Below, in pieces: positions 52,390 through 61,766 of a stretch of 64,000 nt of DNA. The stretch is from Microcoleus sp. GTDB taxonomy: Bacteria; Cyanobacteriota; Cyanobacteriia; Cyanobacteriales; Microcoleaceae. Positions within the stretch are counted from its first letter, which is position 1; every line of letters starts with the position of its first letter. Under the pieces are notes generated by a model, which searched no databases, was not told where the DNA came from, and saw nothing but the letters and a program-made list of their open reading frames with translations. The translations under genes and the position numbers were made by a program. Where the stretch lies: positions 4,128,001 through 4,192,000 of the forward strand of contig CP181291.1 of the NCBI GenBank assembly GCA_052279835.1, written 5' to 3'.

Positions 52390-52809
52390 TTGATACTCCC
52401 CAGGGCTGAAGCCACGGGGATTCTTGAATGAATCCGAAAACTCTCAAAGGTGCTATCAAATTACCTCTACACGCTCAAAACAACTACCCTTATAAAAGAT
52501 ATTGCAATTGCGCTTACTTTTAAATTGTGTTTGTTTTCATAGACCATCACAACGCCAGATAGGTACGCTTCACACTCTGCCATTACTTGTCAGTTATACA
52601 GGCTTACTACTCCTTGAGGAGTGTGGTGGCTCACGCTCGCCGGGATTTCTCCGATACTAGAATGTTTCAACACGTAGATGGTTGTCTTACTTACAATCTA
52701 TTCTAACTCAACTTTCCAATCAGTTAGATCGGGAAATATTGAAGGCGGTTGAAACCGCAGCCACTTTCCTCCCCATGTCTAAAGCCAGGAGCTTCTCGCT
52801 CGTTTTTTG
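52390..52809 (-). mobile_element. Non-autonomous IS200/IS605-derived element (both ends, non-coding interior)
   Basis: Right end GAATCCCCGTGGCTTCAGCCCTGGGGAGTATCAA; left end begins TCAC|CAAAAAA like the 42346 end, followed by a hairpin. Confidence 0.72.
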
Positions 52810-52815
52810 GTGATA

Positions 52816-53286
52816 TTAATGGCCGTGTTTGGAGTTGCGATCGCCCAATTTCGCTTTTTGCCGCTGGCGAATACCGGCCCGAACTGTTGCCATATCCACG
52901 GGAAAACCAACCACAGGAATCACCTGATCCTGGCGTTCCTTTTCCAGATTCTTGAGTTCGGTGTAATCTACCCAGTGAATGCAATTCACTGGACAAGTAT
53001 CCATCGCCTCAGCAATCAATTCTTCAGAATCACCATCTTGTCGAACTACGCGCGATCGCCCGTAATCCGGTTCAATGTAGAATGTATTCCGAGCAACATG
53101 AGCGCAATGCTTGCAACCAATGCAGGTAATCTCATCAACGTAGACACCTTTTTGCCGCAACACGCCACCCAACTCTGGTTCAAAACCAGTGCGATCGGGC
53201 GCATCTCGCAAAAAACCACCCAACTCTGGTTCAAAACCAGTGCGATCGTCCGCAGTCTCTATTTCAATTCCAGAAATCTCAGACAT
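52816..53286 (-). CDS. Ferredoxin (single Fe-S cluster type)
   Basis: VYVDEITCIGCKHC and CPVNCIHW; duplicated DRTGFEPELGG at the N-terminus. Confidence 0.92.
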   Translation of the reverse strand: MSEISGIEIETADDRTGFEPELGGFLRDAPDRTGFEPELGGVLRQKGVYVDEITCIGCKHCAHVARNTFYIEPDYGRSRVVRQDGDSEELIAEAMDTCPVNCIHWVDYTELKNLEKERQDQVIPVVGFPVDMATVRAGIRQRQKAKLGDRNSKHGH

Positions 53287-53380
53287 TTTCGACCTCTTCC
53301 AATAACAATAAGTCCGCACAGGCGGACTTTAGATTGTGAATTTATTTGATTGTGCAGCCACTGTTTAAAGCTAGACGCAT

Positions 53381-53767
53381 CTAAGCGCACCAGCGCTGTA
53401 CCACCAAGCGAATCGAACCATCTTGATTTTGCTTTTGTTCAGAAACTTGGAAACCCTGTTTGGCGCTCTCATTCACCACTGTATGGTAAGCATAGCGCTG
53501 AGTTACCTTATTCAGAAAACGGTCTACAGACCAAGCCTGTTGCCAAAATTGCAAGTCAGCGACTAATTCATACTCAGTCCCATTCCAGCTAAAACCTAAG
53601 TCATAGCCATTTTCCTGCTCAATAACCACCTCAGCGGTGCTAGTTAGTCCGCGATAACCCCGCACCTGTGTCGGGCCAGACTTCCAGTGGATACCCAAGT
53701 CGGTTAAAGCAGCTTCCAAAGAATTCAAATTGCGGATCTGGGTTTTAATTTGGCTAAAGTGTGACAT
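53381..53767 (-). CDS. DUF1257 (Ycf35-like) protein
   Basis: MSHFSQIKT, YELVADLQFW, QRYAY, DGSIRLVVQRW. Confidence 0.88.
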   Translation of the reverse strand: MSHFSQIKTQIRNLNSLEAALTDLGIHWKSGPTQVRGYRGLTSTAEVVIEQENGYDLGFSWNGTEYELVADLQFWQQAWSVDRFLNKVTQRYAYHTVVNESAKQGFQVSEQKQNQDGSIRLVVQRWCA

Positions 53768-53808
53768 GATGATTCCAAAAAAATTTAAGTGAACTTAACA
53801 AAAAAAGA

Positions 53809-54018
53809 TTACCAATCGCTAAAAGCAACTTGGGTTGTGGCTTCGGCTGACTGATGCAGTGTTTGGGTGAAATATTCCGATGTAGACTCTTGATGAAGCA
53901 CAACTCCAAGCTGAGCTTCGATCGCAGCCGTTACCTCAGCGCAGGATGCGCCCATAATGCCGGTGACTGTTTCCTGTACCCGGCCATCTGGATAAATCAC
54001 AAACTCTAGTGTTTCCAT
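53809..54018 (-). CDS. DUF2997 family protein
   Basis: IYPDGRVQETVTGIMGASC..VT..IE..LG; upstream of DUF1257 and ferredoxin. Confidence 0.85.
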   Translation of the reverse strand: METLEFVIYPDGRVQETVTGIMGASCAEVTAAIEAQLGVVLHQESTSEYFTQTLHQSAEATTQVAFSDW

Positions 54019-54438
54019 AGTGTGTTATCGAACAGTGGCTGACTCAATAGGAATAGTGGGATTTAGACATCCGTAGCACTAGGCTAGGGAAGATGCCTGG
54101 GGCGTCGCTTCTTGAGGTTGGCGTAACTCGCAAACCCCTAAATCAATTTTGACGAATTGATAGGTTGCGAGTCACAACTTCACAAAAGTTATTAATATCT
54201 AGAAGCTTTACGTCAGTTATCTGTAAAGTTTCGCGTACTTTGTGACATCAGTCAATGGGATTTTAGATTTTAGATTATTGTAGAGGCGATCGCCTGGGAT
54301 CGATAAAAAGATTCACAGTTTGTCAATATTGTCAATAAATTTTAGATTTTACACGCCCTGGGATGGTCTTGAGAGGGCTAGATATCTTGTTAAAATGATG
54401 AGTAAACCTGAATAATTTTTAGCAGAGGCGTAGTTGCT

Positions 54439-55029
54439 ATGACCGTTGCATCCCAAAAAATGAGCCTGGAAGAGTATCTGAACTTTGATGATGGTACAGA
54501 GACTCGGTACGAACTGGAAAATGGAGAACTGATTGTTATGCCCCCAGAAAGCGATCTGAATCAGCGAATTGCGATATTTCTATTGGTCTACTTTGCACAA
54601 CAGGGTATTCCATCTCATCGATTGAGAGTTGGCGCTGAAATTGTGGTGAGTAGTTCGCGGGCTGGGAGTCGTTTACCGGATTTGATGGTGCTATCGGAGG
54701 AATTGGCTACGGCTTTGGAGGGGAGTAGGCGATCGACTATTATGATGGATATGCCACCGCCATTGCTGGTAGTAGAAGTGGTGAGTCCTCATCAAGAAAA
54801 TCGAGATTATCGCTACAAACGTTCTGAGTATGCGGCGCGAAGAATTCCAGAGTATTGGATTGTGGACCCCATACAACAGCGGGTGACGGTGTTGGAGTGG
54901 GTTGAGGGTTTGTATGAAGAGGTTGTGTATACGGGTGATAGCGCGTTAGCGGAGCCCTCGAAGAGGATCGTATCTCCTGTATTGGGCGTTTTGGAATTGA
55001 CGGCTTCACGGCTATTGCAAGGGCGTTGA
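54439..55029 (+). CDS. Uma2-family endonuclease-like protein, copy 1 (7-aa insertion)
   Basis: RYELENGEL, PDL, VEVVSP, EYWIVDP. Confidence 0.92.
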   Translation: MTVASQKMSLEEYLNFDDGTETRYELENGELIVMPPESDLNQRIAIFLLVYFAQQGIPSHRLRVGAEIVVSSSRAGSRLPDLMVLSEELATALEGSRRSTIMMDMPPPLLVVEVVSPHQENRDYRYKRSEYAARRIPEYWIVDPIQQRVTVLEWVEGLYEEVVYTGDSALAEPSKRIVSPVLGVLELTASRLLQGR

Positions 55030-55120
55030 AAAAGTGGGTGATATTCAATTTTAGATGAGTTAGAAATATTGTTAAAATGATGAGTAGACGTGAACAATTT
55101 TTAGCAGAGGCGTAGTTGCT

Positions 55121-55690
55121 ATGACCGTTGCATCCCAAAAAATGAGCCTGGAAGAGTACCTGAACTTTGATGATGGTACAGAGACTCGGTACGAACTGGA
55201 CAATGGAGAACTGATTGTTATGCCCCCAGAAAGCCAACTCAATTGCCGAATTGCGATATTTCTCTTGATATACTTTGCACAACAGGGTATTCCATCTCAT
55301 CGATTGACGATGAAGACTGAAATTGTGGTGAGTAGTTCGCGGGCGACGACTCGTTTTCCCGATGTGATGGTGCTATCGGAGGAATTGGCTACGGCTTTGG
55401 AGGGGAGTAGGCGATCGACTATTATGAGCGATATGCCACCACCATTGCTGGTAGTAGAAGTGGTGAGTCCTCATCAAGAAAATCGAGATTATCGCTACAA
55501 ACGCTCTGAGTATGCGGCGCGAGGAATTGCGGAGTATTGGATTGTTGACCCAATACAACAGCGGGTGACGGTGTTGGAGTGGGTTGAGGGTTTGTATGAA
55601 GAGGTTGTGTATACGGGTGAGAATGCGATCGTATCTCCTGTATTGGGCGTTTTGGAATTGACGGCTTCACGGCTATTGCAAGGGCGTTGA
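55121..55690 (+). CDS. Uma2-family endonuclease-like protein, copy 2
   Basis: Same motifs; part of a tandem unit. Confidence 0.92.
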   Translation: MTVASQKMSLEEYLNFDDGTETRYELDNGELIVMPPESQLNCRIAIFLLIYFAQQGIPSHRLTMKTEIVVSSSRATTRFPDVMVLSEELATALEGSRRSTIMSDMPPPLLVVEVVSPHQENRDYRYKRSEYAARGIAEYWIVDPIQQRVTVLEWVEGLYEEVVYTGENAIVSPVLGVLELTASRLLQGR

Positions 55691-55781
55691 AAAAGTGGGT
55701 GATATTCAATTTTAGATGAGTTAGAAATATTGTTAAAATGATGAGTAGACGTGAACAATTTTTAGCAGAGGCGTAGTTGCT

Positions 55782-56351
55782 ATGACCGTTGCATCCCAAA
55801 AAATGAGCCTTGAAGAGTATCTGAACTTTGATGATGGTACAGAGACTCAGTACGAACTGGACAATGGAGAACTGATTGTCATGCCCCCAGAAAGCCAACT
55901 CAATTGCCGAATTGCCTCATTGCTATTTGCTCTATTCTTGCAACAGGGTATTCCATCTTATCGATTGATGATGAAGACTGAAATTGTGGTGAGTAGTTCG
56001 CGGGCGACGACTCGTTTTCCCGATTTGATGGTACTATCGGAGGAATTGGCTACGGCTTTGGAGGGGAGTAGGCGATCGACTATTATGAGCGATATGCCGC
56101 CACCATTGTTAGTAGTAGAAGTGGTGAGTCCTCATCAAGAAAATCGAGATTATCGCTACAAACGTTCTGAGTATGCGGCGCGAGGGATTGCAGAGTATTG
56201 GATTGTTGACCCGATACAACAGCGGGTGACGGTGTTGGAGTGGGTTGAAGGTTTGTATGAAGAGGTTGTGTATACGGGTGATAGCGCGATCGCCTCCCCT
56301 GTGTTGGGCGTTTTGGAATTGACGGCTTCACGGCTATTGCAAGGGCGTTGA
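55782..56351 (+). CDS. Uma2-family endonuclease-like protein, copy 3
   Basis: Same motifs; start is 661 bp after copy 2. Confidence 0.92.
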   Translation: MTVASQKMSLEEYLNFDDGTETQYELDNGELIVMPPESQLNCRIASLLFALFLQQGIPSYRLMMKTEIVVSSSRATTRFPDLMVLSEELATALEGSRRSTIMSDMPPPLLVVEVVSPHQENRDYRYKRSEYAARGIAEYWIVDPIQQRVTVLEWVEGLYEEVVYTGDSAIASPVLGVLELTASRLLQGR

Positions 56352-56672
56352 CTTTAAAGTGCGATCGAGAATCTGCACGAACAAAAATTGAATTTTCTGT
56401 TTGAGATTAGTGAGAAATATTGCTAAATTTTAGATATACATTAATTTATTTAGGGTGTCATAAATCCCTGGCTCAGACAGAAATTAAGTGGCTCATTTCT
56501 AGCTATAAGATGCTAGATATAGTGTTACCATATCGCCCCTGCGCGACATCCCCACCAGCCACCAAAAGCGCGATCGATCCAAAATCCCAAATCCAAAATC
56601 TAAAATCCCATGACGGATGACTTCCTTAAAAGCCATTTAAGATAGAGAGAATAAGATCAACCAAAAATCCAC

Positions 56673-57992
56673 ATGACATCAACCCTGCTCAAATCCTCCT
56701 CCCGATCGCCCATCAATGCTCCCACCATCCGCCATTTCCCCAATGGCCTCACCGTAATCGCCGAACACTTACCCGTCGATGCCGTTAACCTTAGCATTTG
56801 GGTAAACTTGGGCTCCGCCGTCGAATCCGACGAAATCAACGGGATGGCTCACTTTTTAGAACACATGATTTTCAAGGGAACTCCCAGTATTCAAAGCGGA
56901 GAATTTGAGCGGGCGATCGAACAACGCGGCGCCGTCACCAATGCAGCCACCAGCCAAGATTACACAAACTACTACATCACCACAGCCCCGAAAGACTTTG
57001 CCGAACTAGCTCCCCTGCAAGTAGATGTGTTGCTAAATGCCAGCATTCCCGACGATGCCTTCGATCGCGAAAGACTGGTAGTCTTAGAAGAAATTAGGCG
57101 ATCCGAAGACAATCCCGGCCGCCGCACCTATCAGCGATCCGTCCAACTAGCCTTTGAATCCCTACCCTATCGCCGTCCCGTCCTCGGCCCTAGCTCGGTG
57201 ATCGAAAACCTTACCGCGCAACAAATGCGCGATTTCCACCGCAGCAGATATCAGCCCAGCGCCATGACAGCAGTGGCTGTAGGGAATTTACCCGTGGATC
57301 AATTAATTCAAATTGTGGCAGACAGTTTTTCGGCAAAAAGCACAACACAAAACGGCAACATAGACATCGCTGCTGCCAAAAACGACTCAACACCCCAAAC
57401 CCCGACATACTTTCCAGAATCGCCCTTGACAGAAACAGTCCGCCGCGAGTTTGTCGATTCTGCCCTCCAGCAAGCCAGACTGATGATGATGTGGCGAGCA
57501 CCCGGTTTCATTGACATCTCCGAAACCTATGCCCTAGACGTTTTAGCCACTATTTTAGGTCACGGGCGCACAACTCGCTTAGTTCAAGAGTTGCGAGAAG
57601 ATAAGGGGCTAGTCTCGTCAATTTCTGTGAGCAACATGACTCAGCGACTAGGCGGTGTTTTCTCAATTTCCGCTCACCTGGTGGCGGAAAACTTGCCAGA
57701 AGTCGAAGCAGCCATTGTCCGACATATCCGCACCCTGCAAACTGAACTGGTGACAGATGCAGAAATTTCCCGCATCCGCACTCAAGTGGCAAATCGGTTT
57801 GTGTTTGGTAACGAAACTCCAAGCGATCGGGCAAGTTTGTACGGCTACTATCAGTCGATGGTAGGAGATATCGCTCCCGCCCTCAACTATACAGCTTACA
57901 TCCAAGCTCTGACTCCCACGGATCTCCGGGATGCCGCTGTCAAATATTTGTCTCCCGATGCGATCGGCATACTGATCGTTCGCCCTTCCTGA
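56673..57992 (+). CDS. M16 (pitrilysin-like) zinc peptidase
   Basis: Inverted zinc motif HFLEH, NAATSQD, ERLVVLEE, LREDKGLV. Confidence 0.95.
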   Translation: MTSTLLKSSSRSPINAPTIRHFPNGLTVIAEHLPVDAVNLSIWVNLGSAVESDEINGMAHFLEHMIFKGTPSIQSGEFERAIEQRGAVTNAATSQDYTNYYITTAPKDFAELAPLQVDVLLNASIPDDAFDRERLVVLEEIRRSEDNPGRRTYQRSVQLAFESLPYRRPVLGPSSVIENLTAQQMRDFHRSRYQPSAMTAVAVGNLPVDQLIQIVADSFSAKSTTQNGNIDIAAAKNDSTPQTPTYFPESPLTETVRREFVDSALQQARLMMMWRAPGFIDISETYALDVLATILGHGRTTRLVQELREDKGLVSSISVSNMTQRLGGVFSISAHLVAENLPEVEAAIVRHIRTLQTELVTDAEISRIRTQVANRFVFGNETPSDRASLYGYYQSMVGDIAPALNYTAYIQALTPTDLRDAAVKYLSPDAIGILIVRPS

Positions 57993-58123
57993 TTTTGCAG
58001 TCTCCCCTTGAAGGTTTTGTATCGAATCATGAATACAAAGCCTTTAACATAGGGGCGATCGACAAAACTATCGTAATTTTCTGAGAGGATAAGCTTGGAA
58101 TTATTACACATGGGTGGGCAAGG

Positions 58124-59152
58124 ATGAAATTACAAAACTTTCTAAAATCGCAAATGAGGTACGATGTCAAGGCGATCGCCGCTGACGACGAACTCAGTCG
58201 CCAAATTCAAACTCGCCTGATTGACTTGGGTTTACTCAAACCCCCCGTAGACGGCTTATTTGGTCCCCTCTCTACCGCCGCTCTCCATCGGTTTCAAACC
58301 CTGATGAAGTGTGGCGAACTTGGTTTTTTGGGAGCAGTCACAGCCGAAAAGCTGATCGAGACCAAAAAGGGGGACATTCCCACACCTCCGATCGTACTAA
58401 AAATCCTCAAAGACACAGTTTTTAAAGCAAAACCTCTGGCAACTTCTCAACTTCTTGACGCGGAAAAACAGTCAATACCAGCGGGAAAAGAGTTTGAACT
58501 GATTGCTTTTGCTCCGATTCGCGGCCACCTGAGAATTGCTCTGCGCAACGAGTCTTTTAAAGGTTCGGGGATTTGGTATGTTTTTAGCCCACACGCTCAA
58601 GTTACTCAAGAAGGCGTTGTGCTCTATCCCAAAATAAATCCACCCACTGTCAGACTGGGAGTTCCTTACCGCTCCCAAATGGATAATTTTTACAATCCTA
58701 GTGGTTCTTGTAATGTAACTTCCATAGCAATGTGTCTGGATTTTTTGAGGATTGCGCGACGCAAAAAAACCGGGCAATTTGAGGACGAACTCTACGAATA
58801 TGCGATCGCCAAAGGTTACAGTCGTTGGGAACCGTTGGATTTAGCAAAGATTGTCAAAGATTACGGCGCTCAAGATTACTTTACAGAAAATGCAACGATT
58901 CAGGACTTAAGAGATTGGCTAGCCAGTGGCAATCCCGCTGTCATCCACGGATATTTCACCTCTTTCGGTCATATTATAGTTGTAGTAGGTTATGACAGCG
59001 ATGGATTCTTTGTGCACGACCCCTATGGAGAGTGGTTTGCCAGTGGCTATGACACCAGTGTCAGCGGTTCCTACTTGTATTATTCCGAGCGTTTAATCCG
59101 CAACGTCTGTATGCCAGACGGAAATTTTTGGGTTCATTTTATATCCAAATAG
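58124..59152 (+). CDS. Peptidoglycan-binding domain + C39-like cysteine peptidase
   Basis: DGLFGPLS...FQ; VPYRSQ, SCNVTSIAM, GHIIVVVGY, HDPYG. Confidence 0.88.
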   Translation: MKLQNFLKSQMRYDVKAIAADDELSRQIQTRLIDLGLLKPPVDGLFGPLSTAALHRFQTLMKCGELGFLGAVTAEKLIETKKGDIPTPPIVLKILKDTVFKAKPLATSQLLDAEKQSIPAGKEFELIAFAPIRGHLRIALRNESFKGSGIWYVFSPHAQVTQEGVVLYPKINPPTVRLGVPYRSQMDNFYNPSGSCNVTSIAMCLDFLRIARRKKTGQFEDELYEYAIAKGYSRWEPLDLAKIVKDYGAQDYFTENATIQDLRDWLASGNPAVIHGYFTSFGHIIVVVGYDSDGFFVHDPYGEWFASGYDTSVSGSYLYYSERLIRNVCMPDGNFWVHFISK

Positions 59153-59252
59153 TCATTAGTCATTAGTCATTAGTCATTAGTCATTAGTCATTAGTTATTA
59201 GTTATTAGTTATTAGTTATTAGTTATTAGTCATTAGTCATTAGTCATTAGTG
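59150..59252. repeat. (ATTAGTY)n heptamer tandem repeat, with inverted counterpart at about 59383-59433
   Basis: Directly visible. Confidence 0.93.
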
Positions 59253-59424
59253 ATGGAAAATATGGCTAATACCAAATCCTGCTTTAATACCCCTTTTAAT
59301 CTTTAGTCCGCTTGGAATGGACTTCGTTTGACAAGAAGCGATTTCAATCGCCGAATAATCGAGGGAGTAACTTATCTCTTAGCTAATGACTAATGACTAA
59401 TAACTAATGACTAATGACTAATGA

Positions 59425-60288
59425 CTAATGACTATTAATTTTCATGCTCAAGTCCAGCCAAGTCGATCGCGTAATTGGAGCACTCGTAGAAATATAATCA
59501 ATTCCGGTTTCCGCCACACTCCGAATAGTTTCCAAAGTCACATTCCCGGAAGCTTCAATTTTCACCCGATCGCCCTTTTCGCGAATTATTGCCACAGCCT
59601 GCCGCATCAAATCATAGGACATATTATCTAACATGATAATATCCGCCTTATGCTGAAGAGCTGTCTCCACCTCAGCCAGAGTTTCGGTTTCAACTTCGAT
59701 TGTCAGCGGATAGGGGATAGAATTGCGAATTAGGGCGATCGCCTCGGCAATTCCCCCAGCCGCCGCAATGTGATTGTCTTTAATCATCACCGCGTCATCC
59801 AATCCCATGCGGTGATTGCAAGCACCGCCAACTTGAGTCGCGTATTTTTCCAACAATCTCAACCCCGGCGTTGTCTTGCGGGTATCCACTAATTGCACGG
59901 GCAAATCGGCAATTTTGTCAACATATTTCTGAGTTAAAGTAGCGATGCCGCTTAAACGCATTGCCAAGTTTAAGGCTACTCTTTCTCCGGTTAGCAGCGC
60001 ATCGAAATTGCCGGAAATCTCAGCAATTACTTCTCCTTTTTCGCACAGTTTCCCTTCGGGTACTTGGGGGATGAAACTGAGGCTGCTGTCTAAAAGTTTA
60101 AAAGTGCGATGTGCGATCGGCAATCCGGCTATGACTCCAGCTTCTTTGACTATCCATTTTGCAGTACCCTGGATGCTGTTTGCGGGGAATAAGGCCGATG
60201 TTGTGCGATCGCCCCTACCGATATCTTCTAGCAGCCAGTCGTGCAGTAGGGAGTCTAAAACTATCCAAGGTGGCAATATTGCTGTCAT
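59425..60288 (-). CDS. nadC: Quinolinate phosphoribosyltransferase
   Basis: DTRKTTPG, HRMGLDDAVMIKDNH, EVE, IMLDN, EASG. Confidence 0.97.
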   Translation of the reverse strand: MTAILPPWIVLDSLLHDWLLEDIGRGDRTTSALFPANSIQGTAKWIVKEAGVIAGLPIAHRTFKLLDSSLSFIPQVPEGKLCEKGEVIAEISGNFDALLTGERVALNLAMRLSGIATLTQKYVDKIADLPVQLVDTRKTTPGLRLLEKYATQVGGACNHRMGLDDAVMIKDNHIAAAGGIAEAIALIRNSIPYPLTIEVETETLAEVETALQHKADIIMLDNMSYDLMRQAVAIIREKGDRVKIEASGNVTLETIRSVAETGIDYISTSAPITRSTWLDLSMKINSH

Positions 60289-60585
60289 GTTTTTGTCGGT
60301 TGTTATATCAATAGGAATTACGCATCAAAACCCTAGAAACCGGGTTTTTGCCAGAGAATCGGGCTGTAACAAAGTATCTCGGAAAAAACCCGGTTTCTGA
60401 CTACCCGTGCGTCTGGGACTGTTATTAGGAAGAATAGTCGATCGGGTGATTTTAGGCAAGTTGCAGAATGATGGTGGTGTGAGTGCGATTTTGGGCGATC
60501 GGGGGCTAGATAACGGGCTATTCTGTTGCTGACATTGGGTTTTGGTGGTTTAATGGAGTAGAAAGGGCGATCGCGAGTAGAAACA

Positions 60586-60822
60586 ATGATACAGCCAGTC
60601 ATTTTAGAAAAATTAGCAGAACTCCCTGAGTCTCTTCAGACAGAAGTGCTTCATTATATTGAGTTTTTGATCGAAAAGCAGGCTAAAAACTCAACTCAAG
60701 AAAAGCCGACAAAGAAGCGTCGAGTTGCCGGAACAATGCAAGGAATGTTTGTTCTACCGCTTCCTGATGACTTTGATGATCCGCTTGAGGATATCAAGGA
60801 ATATTTTAATGCTCAGGATTAG
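60586..60822 (+). CDS. DUF2281-like antitoxin without adjacent toxin
   Basis: LPESLQTEVLHYIEFL...RRVAGTMQG...LPDDFDDPLED. Confidence 0.8.
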   Translation: MIQPVILEKLAELPESLQTEVLHYIEFLIEKQAKNSTQEKPTKKRRVAGTMQGMFVLPLPDDFDDPLEDIKEYFNAQD

Positions 60823-60872
60823 ATTACTTTAATGTTATTATTGGGACGGTCAATTTCCACAAGAGACAACAA

Positions 60873-61520
60873 ATGAATCAAAAAACAAGTATTGAGTTGG
60901 TCAATTCCATCGCCAGTGAACACCTTAGTTCAATAGTGCGTGATTTAGCCGAAGTGGGATTTGACACTATTTTAAAGGAAGGTGTATTTCGTGATATTCC
61001 ATGCTTTAACACCGTTGTTTCTTTATACCAAGCTGGTGTTGAAATCCGCCAGCAACTCTTCATCATGAAAATCATAAACTTCTGGAAAGAGCTACCCAAT
61101 ACATCCCTTCATGAACGTCAAAAATTCGTTGAATGGATGGATAAACATCCCAAGCAAAAGCTTACATTTGGAGAAAATATATTACTGCTAATTGACCGTG
61201 CAGATAGCATGGAAAAACCATCAATTTTAGGACGATTACTCAATCATTGTACACTCGGAGATATATCCTATGAGGATATGATGCGATTATGCTTCATAGT
61301 TAATAGTGTATATATGCCTGACTTAAATTACCTGACTAGCTTTACATTTGGTATCCAGAGCAATCCGAATATTGCTGAGAGTCTTAAAAGTGCTGGACTA
61401 CTTATTTTTGCTGGTATGGATGGTGGAAATTTGAGTGAACCTGGTTCTGGAGGCGTTTTTTATGAATTAAATGATTATGGAAGAATGTTATTAAAATATG
61501 GCTTAGATTCCGCCGTCTAA
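60873..61520 (+). CDS. Hypothetical protein (AT-rich)
   Basis: 215-aa ORF; C-terminal winged-helix-like pattern (LKSAGLL...YELNDYG). Confidence 0.75.
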   Translation: MNQKTSIELVNSIASEHLSSIVRDLAEVGFDTILKEGVFRDIPCFNTVVSLYQAGVEIRQQLFIMKIINFWKELPNTSLHERQKFVEWMDKHPKQKLTFGENILLLIDRADSMEKPSILGRLLNHCTLGDISYEDMMRLCFIVNSVYMPDLNYLTSFTFGIQSNPNIAESLKSAGLLIFAGMDGGNLSEPGSGGVFYELNDYGRMLLKYGLDSAV

Positions 61521-61766
61521 CAATTTAGATGCAGCCGATAATTTCAAAATCATAACTAATCCTCATAAAGTTAAATCATTCCCTTGCTTTGATTAGTCAT
61601 GATGCTGCTTCTGATGCCTATGACCTTCAGCGGGTATGGTCATAATGAATGCAAATATACTATCTTCCTTGCTAATTTACAACGAACCTAATAAAATAAA
61701 ACTCAGATTTTCCGCATTCTTCTTGCTATCAAGGCTTCACACCTAATTACTATCTAAACTGGGAGT

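Noticed and set aside
52807..53349. 180-aa plus-strand ORF
   Set aside because: Antisense shadow of the ferredoxin gene
54439..56351. Diversity-generating retroelement explanation for the Uma2 triplet
   Set aside because: No reverse transcriptase in the window, and differences are block-wise rather than adenine-specific
60333..60400. AGAAACCGGGTTTT...AAAACCCGGTTTCT palindrome and relatives (27930, 29150, 36212, 40957, 53310, 59305)
   Set aside because: Look like ordinary dispersed REP-like intergenic repeats with no locus-specific signal
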